From Propionivibrio sp. (GTDB lineage: Bacteria; Pseudomonadota; Gammaproteobacteria; Burkholderiales; Rhodocyclaceae): 64,000 nucleotides of DNA. Below the pieces are notes generated by a model. It had not been told where the DNA came from and did not search any database. It saw only the letters and a list, made by a program, of their open reading frames with translations. Position numbers and translations under genes: made by a program. Shown in pieces: positions 33,100 to 45,524 of the stretch. Position 1 is the stretch's first letter; every line of letters starts with the position of its first letter. Location: positions 46,525-110,524 of the forward strand of contig JASGIW010000001.1 of assembly GCA_047601695.1 (NCBI GenBank), written 5' to 3'.

Positions 33100-34250
33100 T
33101 GCGGAAGTTCCTTCTGGCCGCGTTGTTGTCATCCGGCTTGGCGTGTTCTCTGACCGGCTGCTCAACGCTTGAATGGTTGAATCCGTTCGCCGATAGCGGC
33201 CCGAAGATGGCTGAACTGCAGCCTATCGATACAACGCTTGCGGCGCACGTGGCGTGGCAACAATCGGTGGGCAAGAGCGGCGTCTACTCATTCACGCCGG
33301 CGGTACTTGGCAATACGGTCTACGCTGCGGGCGGCAACGGCGATGTGATTCGAATCGACGATGGGCGGCAAACCTGGAAGATCAACGCGGGGCAGCCATT
33401 GTCTGGAGGCGTCGGCGCGGATGGAACGATGGTCGTGGTCGGTTCGCCGAAAGGCGATCTTCTGGCTTTCTCGAGCGCGGATGGAACGCCGCTGTGGAAA
33501 GTGAAGGCCAGCAGCGAAATTCTGTCTCCGCCGGTGCTCGGTGATGGCTTGGTCGTCGTGCGTAGCGGTGACAATCGACTGTCTGCCTATGACGCCACGG
33601 ATGGCACGCGGAAATGGTTTTTCCAGCGCCCGACGCCTGCGCTCTCATTGCGCGTCTCGGCGCGACCGCTTATCGATGGAAAATACGTTTTTGCAGGCTT
33701 TCCGGGCGGAAAATTGATCGCCGTCAGCACGTCCAATGGTGCGGCGGTGTGGGACGGCACGGTGGCTTTGCCGAAGGGTACGACCGAACTTGATCGCGTT
33801 GCGGACATCACCAGCGCCCCAGTCATCTCCGGGCGCTCGGTTTGCGCGGTGGCTTTTCAGGGGCGTGTCGCGTGCTTTGATCTCGGGAATGGCAATCTCG
33901 TGTGGGCGCGGGATATGTCGAGTGCCGTCGGGCTGGATATTGATTCGCGATTCCTTTATGTGTCCGATGACAAGGGGGCTGTCCATGCGCTCGATATGGC
34001 GAGCGGCGCCAGTATCTGGAAGCAAGACAAACTCTCTCTACGCCGGTTGACGGCTCCCGTCGCCAGACGCGGCTACATCGCCGTTGCCGACGTTCAAGGC
34101 GTCGTTCACTTCTTGAGCCGCGAGGACGGATCGTTCGTTGCCCGACTTACCACTGATGGAAGCCCCGTTGTTGCCCCGTTACAAAAACTTGGGAACGGCG
34201 TACTGGTTCAGACCAGCAAAGGCGGCATCTACGCTATTGAGGCCGAATGA
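33099..34250 (+). CDS. bamB: Outer membrane protein assembly factor BamB
   Basis: Lipobox LTGC, PQQ-type repeats, ELDRVAD. Confidence 0.93.
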   Translation: MRKFLLAALLSSGLACSLTGCSTLEWLNPFADSGPKMAELQPIDTTLAAHVAWQQSVGKSGVYSFTPAVLGNTVYAAGGNGDVIRIDDGRQTWKINAGQPLSGGVGADGTMVVVGSPKGDLLAFSSADGTPLWKVKASSEILSPPVLGDGLVVVRSGDNRLSAYDATDGTRKWFFQRPTPALSLRVSARPLIDGKYVFAGFPGGKLIAVSTSNGAAVWDGTVALPKGTTELDRVADITSAPVISGRSVCAVAFQGRVACFDLGNGNLVWARDMSSAVGLDIDSRFLYVSDDKGAVHALDMASGASIWKQDKLSLRRLTAPVARRGYIAVADVQGVVHFLSREDGSFVARLTTDGSPVVAPLQKLGNGVLVQTSKGGIYAIEAE

Positions 34251-35707
34251 AGCCAACCATCGTTATTGTCGGCAGACCGAACGTCGGTAAGTCGACGCTC
34301 TTCAACCGTTTGACCAAGACACGTGACGCGCTGGTCGCGGACATTCCCGGTTTGACCCGCGACCGGCACTATGGTCACGGAAAACTGGGCAGCAAGCCGT
34401 ATCTGGTCGTCGATACTGGCGGTTTTGAGCCGTTGGCCAAAGACGGAATCATGCAGGAAATGGCGCGCCAGGCCGAGCAGGCGATTGCCGAGGCAGACGC
34501 GATCATCTTCGTTGTGGACGGAAGAACGGGCATTACCGCACTCGACAAGGAAATTGCCAACAAACTGCGCAAGGCTGCGCGACCGGTGTTCGTCGCGGTG
34601 AACAAAGCTGAGGGAATGAGTCATGGCGTCGTTGTCGCGGACTTCCATGAGTTGGGTTTGGGTGAACCGGCGGCGATCTCGGCGACTCATGGCGAGGGCG
34701 TCAGAAGTCTGGTCGAGGATGTGCTTGATCTCTACCCTGATCCGACCGAGGATGCAAATGATGCCGATGCGTTTCGCGTAGCTATCGTCGGGCGACCGAA
34801 TGTTGGCAAGAGTACGATGATCAATGCGTTGATCGGCGAAGAGCGTGTGATTGCGTTCGATCAGCCCGGGACGACGCGAGACGCAATCTATGTCGATTTC
34901 GAACGCGGCGGGAAAAAGTACACATTGATCGACACTGCTGGTTTGCGGCGCAAGGGCAAGGTTTTCGAGACGGTTGAGAAGTTCTCGGTCATCAAGACCC
35001 TACAGTCGGTCGAAGATGCACACGTGGTGATTCTCGTGCTGGATGCCAGGCAAGATATTTCGGATCAGGATGCGCACATTGCGGGTTTCATCGTCGAGTC
35101 TGGGCGAGCGCTGGTTGTCGCGGTCAACAAGTGGGATGGGCTTGATCCTTATGTTCGCGATCAGCTCAAGGGTGACCTTGAGGCGAAGCTGAAATTCCTC
35201 GATTTCGCGAACTTCCATTACGTCTCGGCGCTCAAAGGGCAAGGACTGGCGCACGTGTTCCGCTCGGTTGATGCAGCCTACAAGGCAGCCACGGCCGATC
35301 TTTCGACACCTCAATTGACCAGGACGCTGATCGATGCGGTCGCCAAGCAGGCGCCGCCGCGCAGTGGGATCTTTCGTCCCAAGATGAGATATGCCCACCA
35401 GGGCGGACGTAATCCCCCTGTCATCGTGATTCACGGCAACGCGCTGGACAAAGTGCCTGATTCTTACCGTCGCTATCTGGAACACACTTTCCGTGAGGTG
35501 TTCAAGCTCCAGGGGACTCCGTTACGAATCCAGTTCAATGTTTCGGAGAATCCTTTCGCAGATCGCAAGCCGCCGGAGAAAACCCGGCGCAGACCAAAAC
35601 CAGAAGAAAAAGAGAAACCAAAAGCGAACGATGGGGTCAGACGCGCACGGGTTGGCAACCAAGGAAACGTGCGCGCAGCTAACCGCGCGAAGCCAAATCC
35701 GAAGTGA
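34247..35707 (+). CDS. der: Ribosome biogenesis GTPase Der
   Basis: Two [10 protein letters not shown]-domains; [10 protein letters not shown]. Confidence 0.96.
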   Translation: MKPTIVIVGRPNVGKSTLFNRLTKTRDALVADIPGLTRDRHYGHGKLGSKPYLVVDTGGFEPLAKDGIMQEMARQAEQAIAEADAIIFVVDGRTGITALDKEIANKLRKAARPVFVAVNKAEGMSHGVVVADFHELGLGEPAAISATHGEGVRSLVEDVLDLYPDPTEDANDADAFRVAIVGRPNVGKSTMINALIGEERVIAFDQPGTTRDAIYVDFERGGKKYTLIDTAGLRRKGKVFETVEKFSVIKTLQSVEDAHVVILVLDARQDISDQDAHIAGFIVESGRALVVAVNKWDGLDPYVRDQLKGDLEAKLKFLDFANFHYVSALKGQGLAHVFRSVDAAYKAATADLSTPQLTRTLIDAVAKQAPPRSGIFRPKMRYAHQGGRNPPVIVIHGNALDKVPDSYRRYLEHTFREVFKLQGTPLRIQFNVSENPFADRKPPEKTRRRPKPEEKEKPKANDGVRRARVGNQGNVRAANRAKPNPK

Positions 35708-35789
35708 TAGCGCCGGCTTTTATGGCAAATGCACAAAAAATCAATTAAGCTGTTTATCCAGACCAACAACGAAACATGGAGTTTGAACC

Positions 35790-36029
35790 ATGAGCAATAA
35801 AGGGCAACTTCTACAAGACCCGTTTCTTAATGTGCTGCGTCGCGAGCATGTTCCCGTTTCAATCTATCTTGTCAATGGCATTAAGTTGCAGGGTCAGGTT
35901 GAATCATTCGATCAGTATGTGGTATTGCTCAAGAATACCGTGACCCAAATGGTCTATAAGCATGCAATTTCGACAGTTGTGCCGTCCCGTCCCGTCAGTA
36001 TTCAACAGGATGGCGCTGACGAAGCCTGA
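35790..36029 (+). CDS. hfq: RNA chaperone Hfq
   Basis: [26 protein letters not shown]. Confidence 0.97.
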   Translation: MSNKGQLLQDPFLNVLRREHVPVSIYLVNGIKLQGQVESFDQYVVLLKNTVTQMVYKHAISTVVPSRPVSIQQDGADEA

Positions 36030-36131
36030 TCAGCGCGTTCTTCACACTATTTCATTTGCGGTTGTTCAGCGCCGGTTGCAGTTGCCCGGTGCTGCAACTT
36101 GTTTCGTCGCTGATTTCCAGTATGTGTCCTT

Positions 36132-37304
36132 ATGATTGAGCGGCCCTCGGCAGGAGAGCGTGCGGTTGTCGTTCAACTCGATTTTGGTGCGGATGACATT
36201 GCGGAACAAGTCGAAGAAGTGAAGTTGCTCGCCGGATCTGCGGGTGCTTCGGTGTGCGCCGTAGTTCATGGCCGGCGACAAAGTCCCGATCCTGCGACTT
36301 ACGCAGGAAAAGGCAAGGTTCAAGAGATTGCGGCTCACGTTGCGGCTCACGGCGCCGATCTCGTCATTTTCAATCATGAGCTATCGCCAGGCCAAGAACG
36401 AAACCTGGAACGCTCTCTTCAATGCCGAGTGATCGATCGCACGAGTCTGATTCTCGATATCTTCGCCCAGCGCGCTCAAACGTCTGACGGCAAGCTGCAG
36501 GTCGAACTGGCACAACTCGATCACCTTGCGACACGTCTTGTTCGAGGATGGACGCACCTTGAACGGCAGAAAGGCGGGATCGGCTTGCGCGGGCCGGGTG
36601 AAACGCAACTTGAGACGGACAGGCGTCTGCTGGGCAAGCGCGTCAAGTTACTCAAGGAGCGACTCCACAAGCTCGAGCGTCAGCGCGGCGTGCAGCGCAA
36701 GGCGCGTGCACGTGGCGAAGTGCTCAACGTTTCGTTGGTCGGGTATACAAATGCGGGTAAATCGACCTTGTTCAATGCGTTGACTCACGCGGGTGCATAC
36801 GCGGCAGATCAATTGTTCGCAACGCTTGATACGACTTCACGCCGGCTCTGGCTTGAGGGTGTCGGAAATGTCGTCGTTTCCGATACCGTAGGTTTCATAC
36901 GGGACTTGCCACATTCGCTGATTGCAGCATTTCACGCAACGCTTGATGCGACCTCGCAAGCGGATCTTCTCTTGCACGTCGTCGATTCGGCAAGCCCGGC
37001 GCGAGATGAGCAGATCGCGGAAGTCAATAAAGTGCTCGAGGAAATTGGTGCGAGTCAGGTGCCTCAATTGATGGTGTTGAACAAGCAGGACTTGACCGGG
37101 TTGCCGCCGGCGGTCGAGAGAAACGAATATGATAGAATCGTCCGGGTTCGCGTCAGTGCGATGTGTGGTGACGGGCTCCCGTTGCTGAGATCCGCTCTGG
37201 CCGAAATTGCACTCGAAAAGCTTGATAGTTCAAGCGGCCTGACACCGGCAGAGAATCCTCCTGGTCTCTCCGATCAAATCTTGGGTTCGGATTCATTCCT
37301 GTAA
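36132..37304 (+). CDS. hflX: GTPase HflX
   Basis: GPGETQLE, GYTNAGKST, LFATLD, DTVGFI. Confidence 0.96.
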   Translation: MIERPSAGERAVVVQLDFGADDIAEQVEEVKLLAGSAGASVCAVVHGRRQSPDPATYAGKGKVQEIAAHVAAHGADLVIFNHELSPGQERNLERSLQCRVIDRTSLILDIFAQRAQTSDGKLQVELAQLDHLATRLVRGWTHLERQKGGIGLRGPGETQLETDRRLLGKRVKLLKERLHKLERQRGVQRKARARGEVLNVSLVGYTNAGKSTLFNALTHAGAYAADQLFATLDTTSRRLWLEGVGNVVVSDTVGFIRDLPHSLIAAFHATLDATSQADLLLHVVDSASPARDEQIAEVNKVLEEIGASQVPQLMVLNKQDLTGLPPAVERNEYDRIVRVRVSAMCGDGLPLLRSALAEIALEKLDSSSGLTPAENPPGLSDQILGSDSFL

Positions 37305-37323
37305 TTTCTTGTTTGGAGTACGT

Positions 37324-38592
37324 ATGTCGCTAAATGATCCTCAATGGGGAAACCGCGGCAATGATAATGGCGGTGGACGGCGACCAAACCAAGGGCCTCC
37401 CGACTTGGAAGACTTGTGGCGCGATTTGAACCGTCGTTTGTCGTCATTGTTCGACAAGCGGTCCGGGGGGCGCGGTAATGGCAATAACGGAGACCGTCCG
37501 CCTGTCGATCTGACGCCAAAGATACTTGGTGGTGGTGTCGGTCTCATTCTCGCGGTGATTGTCGTCATCTGGTTGGCGAGCGGGTTCTACATCGTGGATG
37601 CTTCGCAACGCGGGCTCGTCCTTCAATTTGGCAAATACAAGGAAAGCACCGAATCTGGATTGCGCTGGCGTTTGCCTTATCCGATCGAGTCCCACGAAAT
37701 CGTCAATATCTCCGGAGTGCGAACGATCGAGGTGGGGTATCGCGGCAGCGAGAAGAACAAGGTTCTCAAAGAAGCCCTGATGCTGACCGACGACGAGAAC
37801 ATAATCAACATCCAGTTTGCTGTGCAGTACATCCTCAAGGATCCGGTCAACTACATCTTCAACAATCGAACGCCGGACGAGGCGGTGATGCAGTCGGCTG
37901 AAACTGCGATACGGGAGATCGTCGGCAAGAACAAGATGGACTTTGTGCTCTACGAGGGGCGTGAGCAGATTGCCGTTCAAGCGTCGGCGCTGATGCAGGA
38001 GATCCTTGATCGCTACAAGACGGGCATCCTCATCTCCAAGGTGACGATGCAGAATGCGCAGCCTCCGGAACAGGTGCAGGCGGCTTTTGACGATGCCGTA
38101 AAGGCGGGGCAGGATCGAGAGCGTCAGAAGAACGAAGGTCAGGCGTACGCCAACGATGTGATTCCGAAAGCCAGAGGAACCGCCGCGCGCCTGCTGCAAG
38201 AGGCGGAAGGATACAAGCAGCGCTTGATCGCCACCGCTGAAGGTGATGCGAATCGCTTCAAACAGATTCTTACCGAGTACGCGAAGGCTCCAGAAGTGAC
38301 TCGCAACCGAATGTATCTGGAGACGTTGCAGCAGGTCTATTCCAATACCAGCAAGATTCTCGTGGACGTGAAAGGCCAGGGCAGTTTGCTGTACTTGCCT
38401 CTCGACAAACTAATGCAAGCAACTGGTTCCAGTATGCCTGCCAGCTCGGCAGTTCCAGCTGGCGTTGGAGAGGCACCGGCTCAAACTCGGCCGTCTTCTC
38501 CTGTTTCTTATGACTCTCCCCCGCAGGTGGTGGACAGGACTGAGACGCGTGGGCGTGAAGCGCTACGCAGTCGGGATCGGGAGGTTCGGTAA
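37324..38592 (+). CDS. hflK: FtsH modulator HflK
   Basis: MSLNDPQWG, GPPDLEDLW, SPFH domain. Confidence 0.95.
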   Translation: MSLNDPQWGNRGNDNGGGRRPNQGPPDLEDLWRDLNRRLSSLFDKRSGGRGNGNNGDRPPVDLTPKILGGGVGLILAVIVVIWLASGFYIVDASQRGLVLQFGKYKESTESGLRWRLPYPIESHEIVNISGVRTIEVGYRGSEKNKVLKEALMLTDDENIINIQFAVQYILKDPVNYIFNNRTPDEAVMQSAETAIREIVGKNKMDFVLYEGREQIAVQASALMQEILDRYKTGILISKVTMQNAQPPEQVQAAFDDAVKAGQDRERQKNEGQAYANDVIPKARGTAARLLQEAEGYKQRLIATAEGDANRFKQILTEYAKAPEVTRNRMYLETLQQVYSNTSKILVDVKGQGSLLYLPLDKLMQATGSSMPASSAVPAGVGEAPAQTRPSSPVSYDSPPQVVDRTETRGREALRSRDREVR

Positions 38593-39482
38593 TGAGAGCG
38601 AGCGTGAATTTTGTCGTCGCGATTGTCGTGGCGCTGTTGGCCGTTTTGGGTAGTTCGATATTCACCGTCGATCAAAGACAGTATGCGATCGTTTTCCAGT
38701 TGGGCGAGGTGCGTGGTGTGATCGAGCAGCCTGGCCTGTATTTCAAATGGCCGATGATCCAAAACGTGCGGTATTTCGACAAGCGGATTCTGACGCTTGA
38801 TACCTCCGAGCCTGAGCGCTACATCACGTCAGAGAAGAAGAACGTGCTCGTTGATTCGTTCGTCAAATGGAGAATTGTCGATCCGCGTCTCTTCTACGTC
38901 TCGGTCGCGGGTGACGAGGAACGGGCGAAGACGCGCCTGTCTCAAACCGTGAATGCCGGTTTGCGCGAGGAGTTCGGCAAACGTACCGTGCATGACGTCG
39001 TTTCGGGAGAGCGCAACAAGATCATGGAAGAGATGCGGGAAAAAGCCGATCTCGATGCGCGCAAAATCGGTGTCCAGATTATCGATGTCCGGGTCAAACG
39101 CGTTGATCTTCCGTCTGAAGTTAGCGAATCGGTTTACCGACGCATGGAAGCCGAACGTAAGCGTGTAGCCAACGAACTGCGTTCCGAAGGTTCTGCCGAG
39201 GCCGAGAAGATTCGCGCCGATGCCGAGAAACAGCGTGAAGTGATCATCGCGGAAGCATATCGCGATGCTCAACTCACAAAGGGTGAGGGTGACGCCAAAG
39301 CGGCAGCCACCTATGCCCAGGCGTTCAACCAGAATCCCGAGTTCTTTGCCTTCTATCGCTCTCTTGAGGCTTATCGAAACAGTTTCCAGAGCAAGAGCGA
39401 TATTGTCGTTCTCGAACCCAATTCGGATTTCTTCAAGTACATGAAGAATGTGGATGGTACGAACGTCAAAATCGGCAAATGA
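38592..39482 (+). CDS. hflC: FtsH modulator HflC
   Basis: PGLYFKWP, YRRMEAER, FFAFYRSL. Confidence 0.95.
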   Translation: MRASVNFVVAIVVALLAVLGSSIFTVDQRQYAIVFQLGEVRGVIEQPGLYFKWPMIQNVRYFDKRILTLDTSEPERYITSEKKNVLVDSFVKWRIVDPRLFYVSVAGDEERAKTRLSQTVNAGLREEFGKRTVHDVVSGERNKIMEEMREKADLDARKIGVQIIDVRVKRVDLPSEVSESVYRRMEAERKRVANELRSEGSAEAEKIRADAEKQREVIIAEAYRDAQLTKGEGDAKAAATYAQAFNQNPEFFAFYRSLEAYRNSFQSKSDIVVLEPNSDFFKYMKNVDGTNVKIGK

Positions 39483-39664
39483 TTTCCAATTTGTTGATCG
39501 CCTTTGCGCTGATGCTGGTTTTGGAAGGTGTGCTTCCGTTTCTCGCGCCAACGACTTGGCGTGAAACATTCCGACGCTTGATTCAGCTTGGTGATGGGCA
39601 GTTGCGGTTTGTTGGCCTGACGTCGATGTTGGCAGGGGTCATATTGTTAATGGTTTTCAGATGA
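39479..39664 (+). CDS. DUF2065 small membrane protein
   Basis: [14 protein letters not shown]...QLRFVG; conserved position after hflC. Confidence 0.85.
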   Translation: MISNLLIAFALMLVLEGVLPFLAPTTWRETFRRLIQLGDGQLRFVGLTSMLAGVILLMVFR

Positions 39665-40809
39665 ACTGGCTGTTACCCGAATACATCGCTGACGCATTAC
39701 CTCAAGAGGCAATGCGAATTGAACGGTTGCGCAGGAGGATGCTTGACCTCTTCCGTACGCACGGATACGAGTTGGTGATGCCTCCCCTGCTCGAGTACTT
39801 GGATTCGCTGCTGACAGGTTCGGGCTCGGATCTCAAGTTGCGAACTTTCAAGCTGGTCGATCAACTGTCTGGGCGCACGCTTGGCGTGCGGGCGGATATG
39901 ACTCCTCAGGTTGCTCGAATCGATGCACATCTGCTCAATCGGCAAGGCGTGACTCGCCTTTGCTATTGCGACAGTGTGCTCCATACCTTACCCGCGTCGC
40001 AGGCGGCGAGCCGAGAGCCGATCCAGCTTGGCGCCGAACTGTATGGCTACTCGGGAATAGAAGCGGATCTTGAAGCCATTCGACTGCTTGCGAATGCACT
40101 GGCGACGGCGGGTACGCCTGCTTCGCGCATGGATATCGGGCATGTTGGCGTATTCCGCGCACTCGTCAGTGTTGCAGCCCTCGAGCCGGAGCTTGAAGCA
40201 AGAATCCTTCAATTGCTACAGGTGAAGGACGTTCCGGGTTTGCGCGAGTGTTGCGTCGGTATCTCAGAACCTTATCGCTCGGCGTTTCTGCGGTTGCCGG
40301 AATTGTTTGGCGGATCCGATTTTCTGGAGACGGTTGCGCGCCAATTGCCGGACGTTCCTGCTATTGGTGTGGCACTCGAGTCGCTGCAGACACTGCGAAA
40401 AGCAATGCCTGAACTTCCGCTATCGTTTGATCTGGCCGACTTGCGCGGCTATCACTACCACAACGGCGTTGTCTTTGCCGCTTATTATCCTGGCTTCCCG
40501 AGCGCGATTGCGCGTGGTGGACGTTACGACGGTGTGGGTAAGGACTTCGGACGTGCTCGTCCGGCAACAGGTTTTTCGATGGATCTGCGCGAAATTGCTC
40601 GTTTGGCGAATGCTCGTGAGCCGGTCGGCGCGATTTTGTCGCCGTATTCGGCGAGCAATACTCAGTTGGCTTCCATCGTGGCCGATTTGCGCGAACAAGG
40701 CGAAGTGGTCGTGGAATTGCTGCCAGGAGAAGTGTTGAACGAAGGTCCTGTGTGCGACCGACGGCTTGTTAACTGCAATGGGCAGTGGATTATTCAGGCA
40801 ATTAACTGA
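39661..40809 (+). CDS. hisZ: ATP phosphoribosyltransferase regulatory subunit
   Basis: [29 protein letters not shown]; located before purA. Confidence 0.94.
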   Translation: MNWLLPEYIADALPQEAMRIERLRRRMLDLFRTHGYELVMPPLLEYLDSLLTGSGSDLKLRTFKLVDQLSGRTLGVRADMTPQVARIDAHLLNRQGVTRLCYCDSVLHTLPASQAASREPIQLGAELYGYSGIEADLEAIRLLANALATAGTPASRMDIGHVGVFRALVSVAALEPELEARILQLLQVKDVPGLRECCVGISEPYRSAFLRLPELFGGSDFLETVARQLPDVPAIGVALESLQTLRKAMPELPLSFDLADLRGYHYHNGVVFAAYYPGFPSAIARGGRYDGVGKDFGRARPATGFSMDLREIARLANAREPVGAILSPYSASNTQLASIVADLREQGEVVVELLPGEVLNEGPVCDRRLVNCNGQWIIQAIN

Positions 40810-40815
40810 GGTTGA

Positions 40816-42136
<1,321 letters not shown>

Positions 42137-42166
42137 TTCCCATCGGAGAAATCGGCAGCAAAGAAG

Positions 42167-43379
42167 CTAGATACTATGCCGTAATGCTTCATCCACAGGG
42201 GTTCTCGAAACGCGCCACGCAGGGATAATTGCGGCAAGCATCGTTGCAAGAGCGCCTGTCAAAAATGCATCAAATACAATTGATGGGATGATGAGTATAT
42301 GTGCGATGTATCCAATGTTCGCGTTCGGCGGGGGAGGCATTGGGATACCGACGATGGAGATGATGTGCGCCAGTGCGATGCCTAATAAGGCGCCCAGCGT
42401 GCCTCCCATAAGTCCGAGCAATGTATTTTCTACGAGCAGCAATCGAAAGACATACGATTTGTGATTGCCTAGCGCCATCATCGTTCCGAATTCACTCAAG
42501 CGTTCAAATACGCTCATATTGACGCTATTCGCAACACTCAAAAGAACGAGAACGAGGGTAATTAGCCTCAATACGCCGAATTGACGTTCATAAAGTTCGA
42601 CTGTACTTGCGTAAAAGCTGTTGAGGTCTGTCCATGTATTCACTTCAAAAATACTGGGATCCAACATGCTCCTCAATAGACCGGCAACACCCTGTGTGTC
42701 TTCCGTATTATGCAAGGAGAGTACCAAGGTGTTGATGCGCGTAGATGCCAAAAGGTCTTTTGCCGCGTTCAACGGAATTCGCACTGCGCGCGCATCGAAA
42801 TCAGCAGAAAAAGACTGGAAGATTCCTTTCACCTCGAAATCCAGATTGTTCAATGCGCCTTCCCCGATGTTGACCAATAATGTGACTTGGTCGCCAGGGT
42901 GCAGCTTAAGTGCCTGTGCCACGCCTTGACCCAGAAGAATGCCGTTGGTGTCAGTTTCCGAAAGCTGATGTCCTGAAGTTATCCTGAGCTGACTACCCAG
43001 CGCGGCTTCTTTTCCTGCCTCAATACCCTCACCGATGATTGACCAGTCGGTACGTCCGTTGTTTATCAACCCAGAGAAGTTTGACCCGAGCCATCTCGTC
43101 TTTTATGGCCGGAATTGCTTTCACGATACCCTTCAAGGTAACCGGATCTTCCAGAAGGTAACGTTCGGGGTTACGAGTCCCTTTGGCATGGAAGCCTGTC
43201 CGAGACACCTGAATATGCCCAGACTGTGAGTGGATCAACGCCTCACCCAATTGCTTATAGACGTCGTGAGAGAAGCCACCGCTGAGGATTAGTCCGATAA
43301 CGCCAAAGGCAATTGCGGCCAGCGTCATGGCGGTGCGAAAACGGTGGCGAAGAACATTGCGCAATGCAAGTTTCAACAT
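42167..43379 (-). CDS. MacB/FtsX/LolE-type ABC transporter permease (frameshift near 43080)
   Basis: LALRNVLRHRFRT; periplasmic domain; VFERLSEFGTMMALG; PAWRVSR. Confidence 0.85.
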
Positions 43380-43552
43380 GCTCGTAATCCCCAAACGGTC
43401 TGCGTAGATACGAATGACCGTGCGTTGCCACGTCCCTCGAGATTCACCGAACAATTGTCTGGCGCTTTGAAAAGTCGATTGAAATCAGCATCAGATGAGT
43501 ACGTTTCGGTGGTGGTATATTAGCCGAACATGGCTGACGTGGAGAGGTAGAT

Positions 43553-44443
43553 ATGAGCGGAAGTGACTCTGCATCTCAAGCGTTCGACTATCGTCAAGCG
43601 TTCTCGCGCAATCTTGGATGGGTAACCGAAGCTGAGCAACAGTTGTTGCGCACAAAGCGAGTTGCTATTGCCGGGCTTGGTGGTGTCGGTGGGATACACC
43701 TGCTGACCTTGGCTAGACTTGGGATCGGCAAGTTTACGATTTCTGATTTCGATAGCTTCGATATCGTCAATTTCAATCGTCAGGCTGGTGCCACACTGAG
43801 TTCACTGGGACGCCCCAAATCCACGGTGCTTACAGAGATGGTCATGGATATCAACCCGGAGGTGGATCTGCGTGTTTTTCCCGACGGCGTAACCGACAAC
43901 ACGGTTGCACCCTTCCTGAGCGACGTCGATGTATATGTCGATGGACTGGATTACTTCGCTTTTTCGGCACGGCGGCAGACTTTCGCAGCCTGCGAAGAGA
44001 GAGGTATTCCCATCGTAACGGCTGCTCCTCTTGGGATGGGCGCAGCAGTGCTGGTGTTTGGTCCCGGAGGCATGTCGTCCGAAGAGTATTTCGGATTTGA
44101 GGGTTGCGATGAGATGGAAATGGCTATCCGTTTTCTTGTAGGTCTCTCTCCCGCGATGTTGCAGCGCGGCTATGTTGCGGACATGAGTCGGATCGATTTT
44201 TCCGAACGGCGAGGCCCATCGAGCATTGCAGCTTGCCAGCTTTGCGCAGGCGTTGCCGCCGTAGAAACGCTGAAGCTGTTGCTCGGCCGTCGCGGCGTGA
44301 GGTTGGCTCCTTGGGCAAGTCAATTCGATGCTTATCGATCACGATACAAACTTACGTGGCGTCCGTGGGGATTCCGAAATCCTCTGCAAGGGCTCATGCG
44401 CTATCTGGTTCGTAGGCAGTTAGTCTCGGGAAAAAAAGCCTGA
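43553..44443 (+). CDS. ThiF/MoeB (E1-like) adenylyltransferase
   Basis: VAIAGLGGVGG, ISDFDSFDIVNFNRQ, YVDGLD; stand-alone, no nitroreductase domain. Confidence 0.88.
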   Translation: MSGSDSASQAFDYRQAFSRNLGWVTEAEQQLLRTKRVAIAGLGGVGGIHLLTLARLGIGKFTISDFDSFDIVNFNRQAGATLSSLGRPKSTVLTEMVMDINPEVDLRVFPDGVTDNTVAPFLSDVDVYVDGLDYFAFSARRQTFAACEERGIPIVTAAPLGMGAAVLVFGPGGMSSEEYFGFEGCDEMEMAIRFLVGLSPAMLQRGYVADMSRIDFSERRGPSSIAACQLCAGVAAVETLKLLLGRRGVRLAPWASQFDAYRSRYKLTWRPWGFRNPLQGLMRYLVRRQLVSGKKA

Positions 44444-44500
44444 AGAATTACTGTTGGCAGACGAGAGGTTGATGAGATCCTGCTTTACGAAACGCGTGTC

Positions 44501-45190
44501 TCAAGTCGGGTTAAGGGGTTTGCGTCCGACCACGTTGTAACAGTTCCCAACGCGCTCCTCTTTTTCGATCTCGAATCCAGCGGAAGCAACGCGCTGACGA
44601 ATATCGTTGAGTTGGTAGGGCGTGTAGAGAATTCCTTTCTTGATGCCCCAAGCGTTGATCCGCTCGGCGATCAATTTCAGCGGCCAAGGCCCCGAAGGGA
44701 AAAGCAATACGTTCGCCGCAAGTCGGCCGCCTGGTTTCAGCACACGATAGATCTCTTTGAGCGAACCATTCACATCGGGAAAGCAATGTACTGAATTAGC
44801 GATATTCGCGGTATCGAAGACGTTGCTGTCAAACCCAAGATCGGCCGCATCGGCATGTTCGAGGGAAATCAATGGGTTATCGGCGAATCTGCGCATTGCA
44901 CCTGCCAACATCGGTTCAGCGTAGTCAAACCCCGTGATTCGTACCGGCGGCATTCCTTTCCACTTGCGCCAGCGGAGTACAAGTTCGAGAAGAGTGCCGG
45001 TGCCACAGGCTGCTTCAAGATGGTTTTCACCAAAATTCCCGGAAAAAAAACGAAGCTGAGCCGGAAGCGTGCTGTTGTAGGCGAACGTGAGAATGAAAAA
45101 GCCTCTCAGGTCGTACCACCATGGTTCTGACACGTAAGCTTGCGCTATTTCTTCCTTCGTCTTTTTTGGATGCCCTTCAGAGTAAGCCAT
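44501..45190 (-). CDS. Class I SAM-dependent methyltransferase
   Basis: LEAACGTG, GFDYAEPML, ADAADL, YRVLKPGG. Confidence 0.85.
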   Translation of the reverse strand: MAYSEGHPKKTKEEIAQAYVSEPWWYDLRGFFILTFAYNSTLPAQLRFFSGNFGENHLEAACGTGTLLELVLRWRKWKGMPPVRITGFDYAEPMLAGAMRRFADNPLISLEHADAADLGFDSNVFDTANIANSVHCFPDVNGSLKEIYRVLKPGGRLAANVLLFPSGPWPLKLIAERINAWGIKKGILYTPYQLNDIRQRVASAGFEIEKEERVGNCYNVVGRKPLNPT

Positions 45191-45524
45191 TGTCAACCAA
45201 CCTTTCTCGGTTGTGCCTAGGAACCCGAGTCGAAAAGCGGAGACTGGATATTGCTCTTTTCTTTCCGATCTCGTTCGATTATGCAGCGCTGATCCTGTGT
45301 TGTACAGTAACGGGAAGGAGTTATCGAATTCTGGATGGACTGCTTTCCGCGCCTAGTCCGTTGCTGTTGATGGCATTGGAACGGCCTGTTTTTGACCGTG
45401 TTCAGCTAACGACTTTAGTCCGCCCTGTGTCGATGCTCCGCGCATCCAGAGAATAATTGAGTTGCATCCTTGTTGAAGATGTTTTCCTGGGCTGGTGGTG
45501 GGGCTTGACCTGGAGACCTCGAGT

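Noticed and set aside
43510-43525. GG-N10-GC spacing upstream of ThiF (similar at about 45374 and 48075)
   Set aside because: Flanking bases do not match TGGCAC/TTGC, or the -12 GC is missing.
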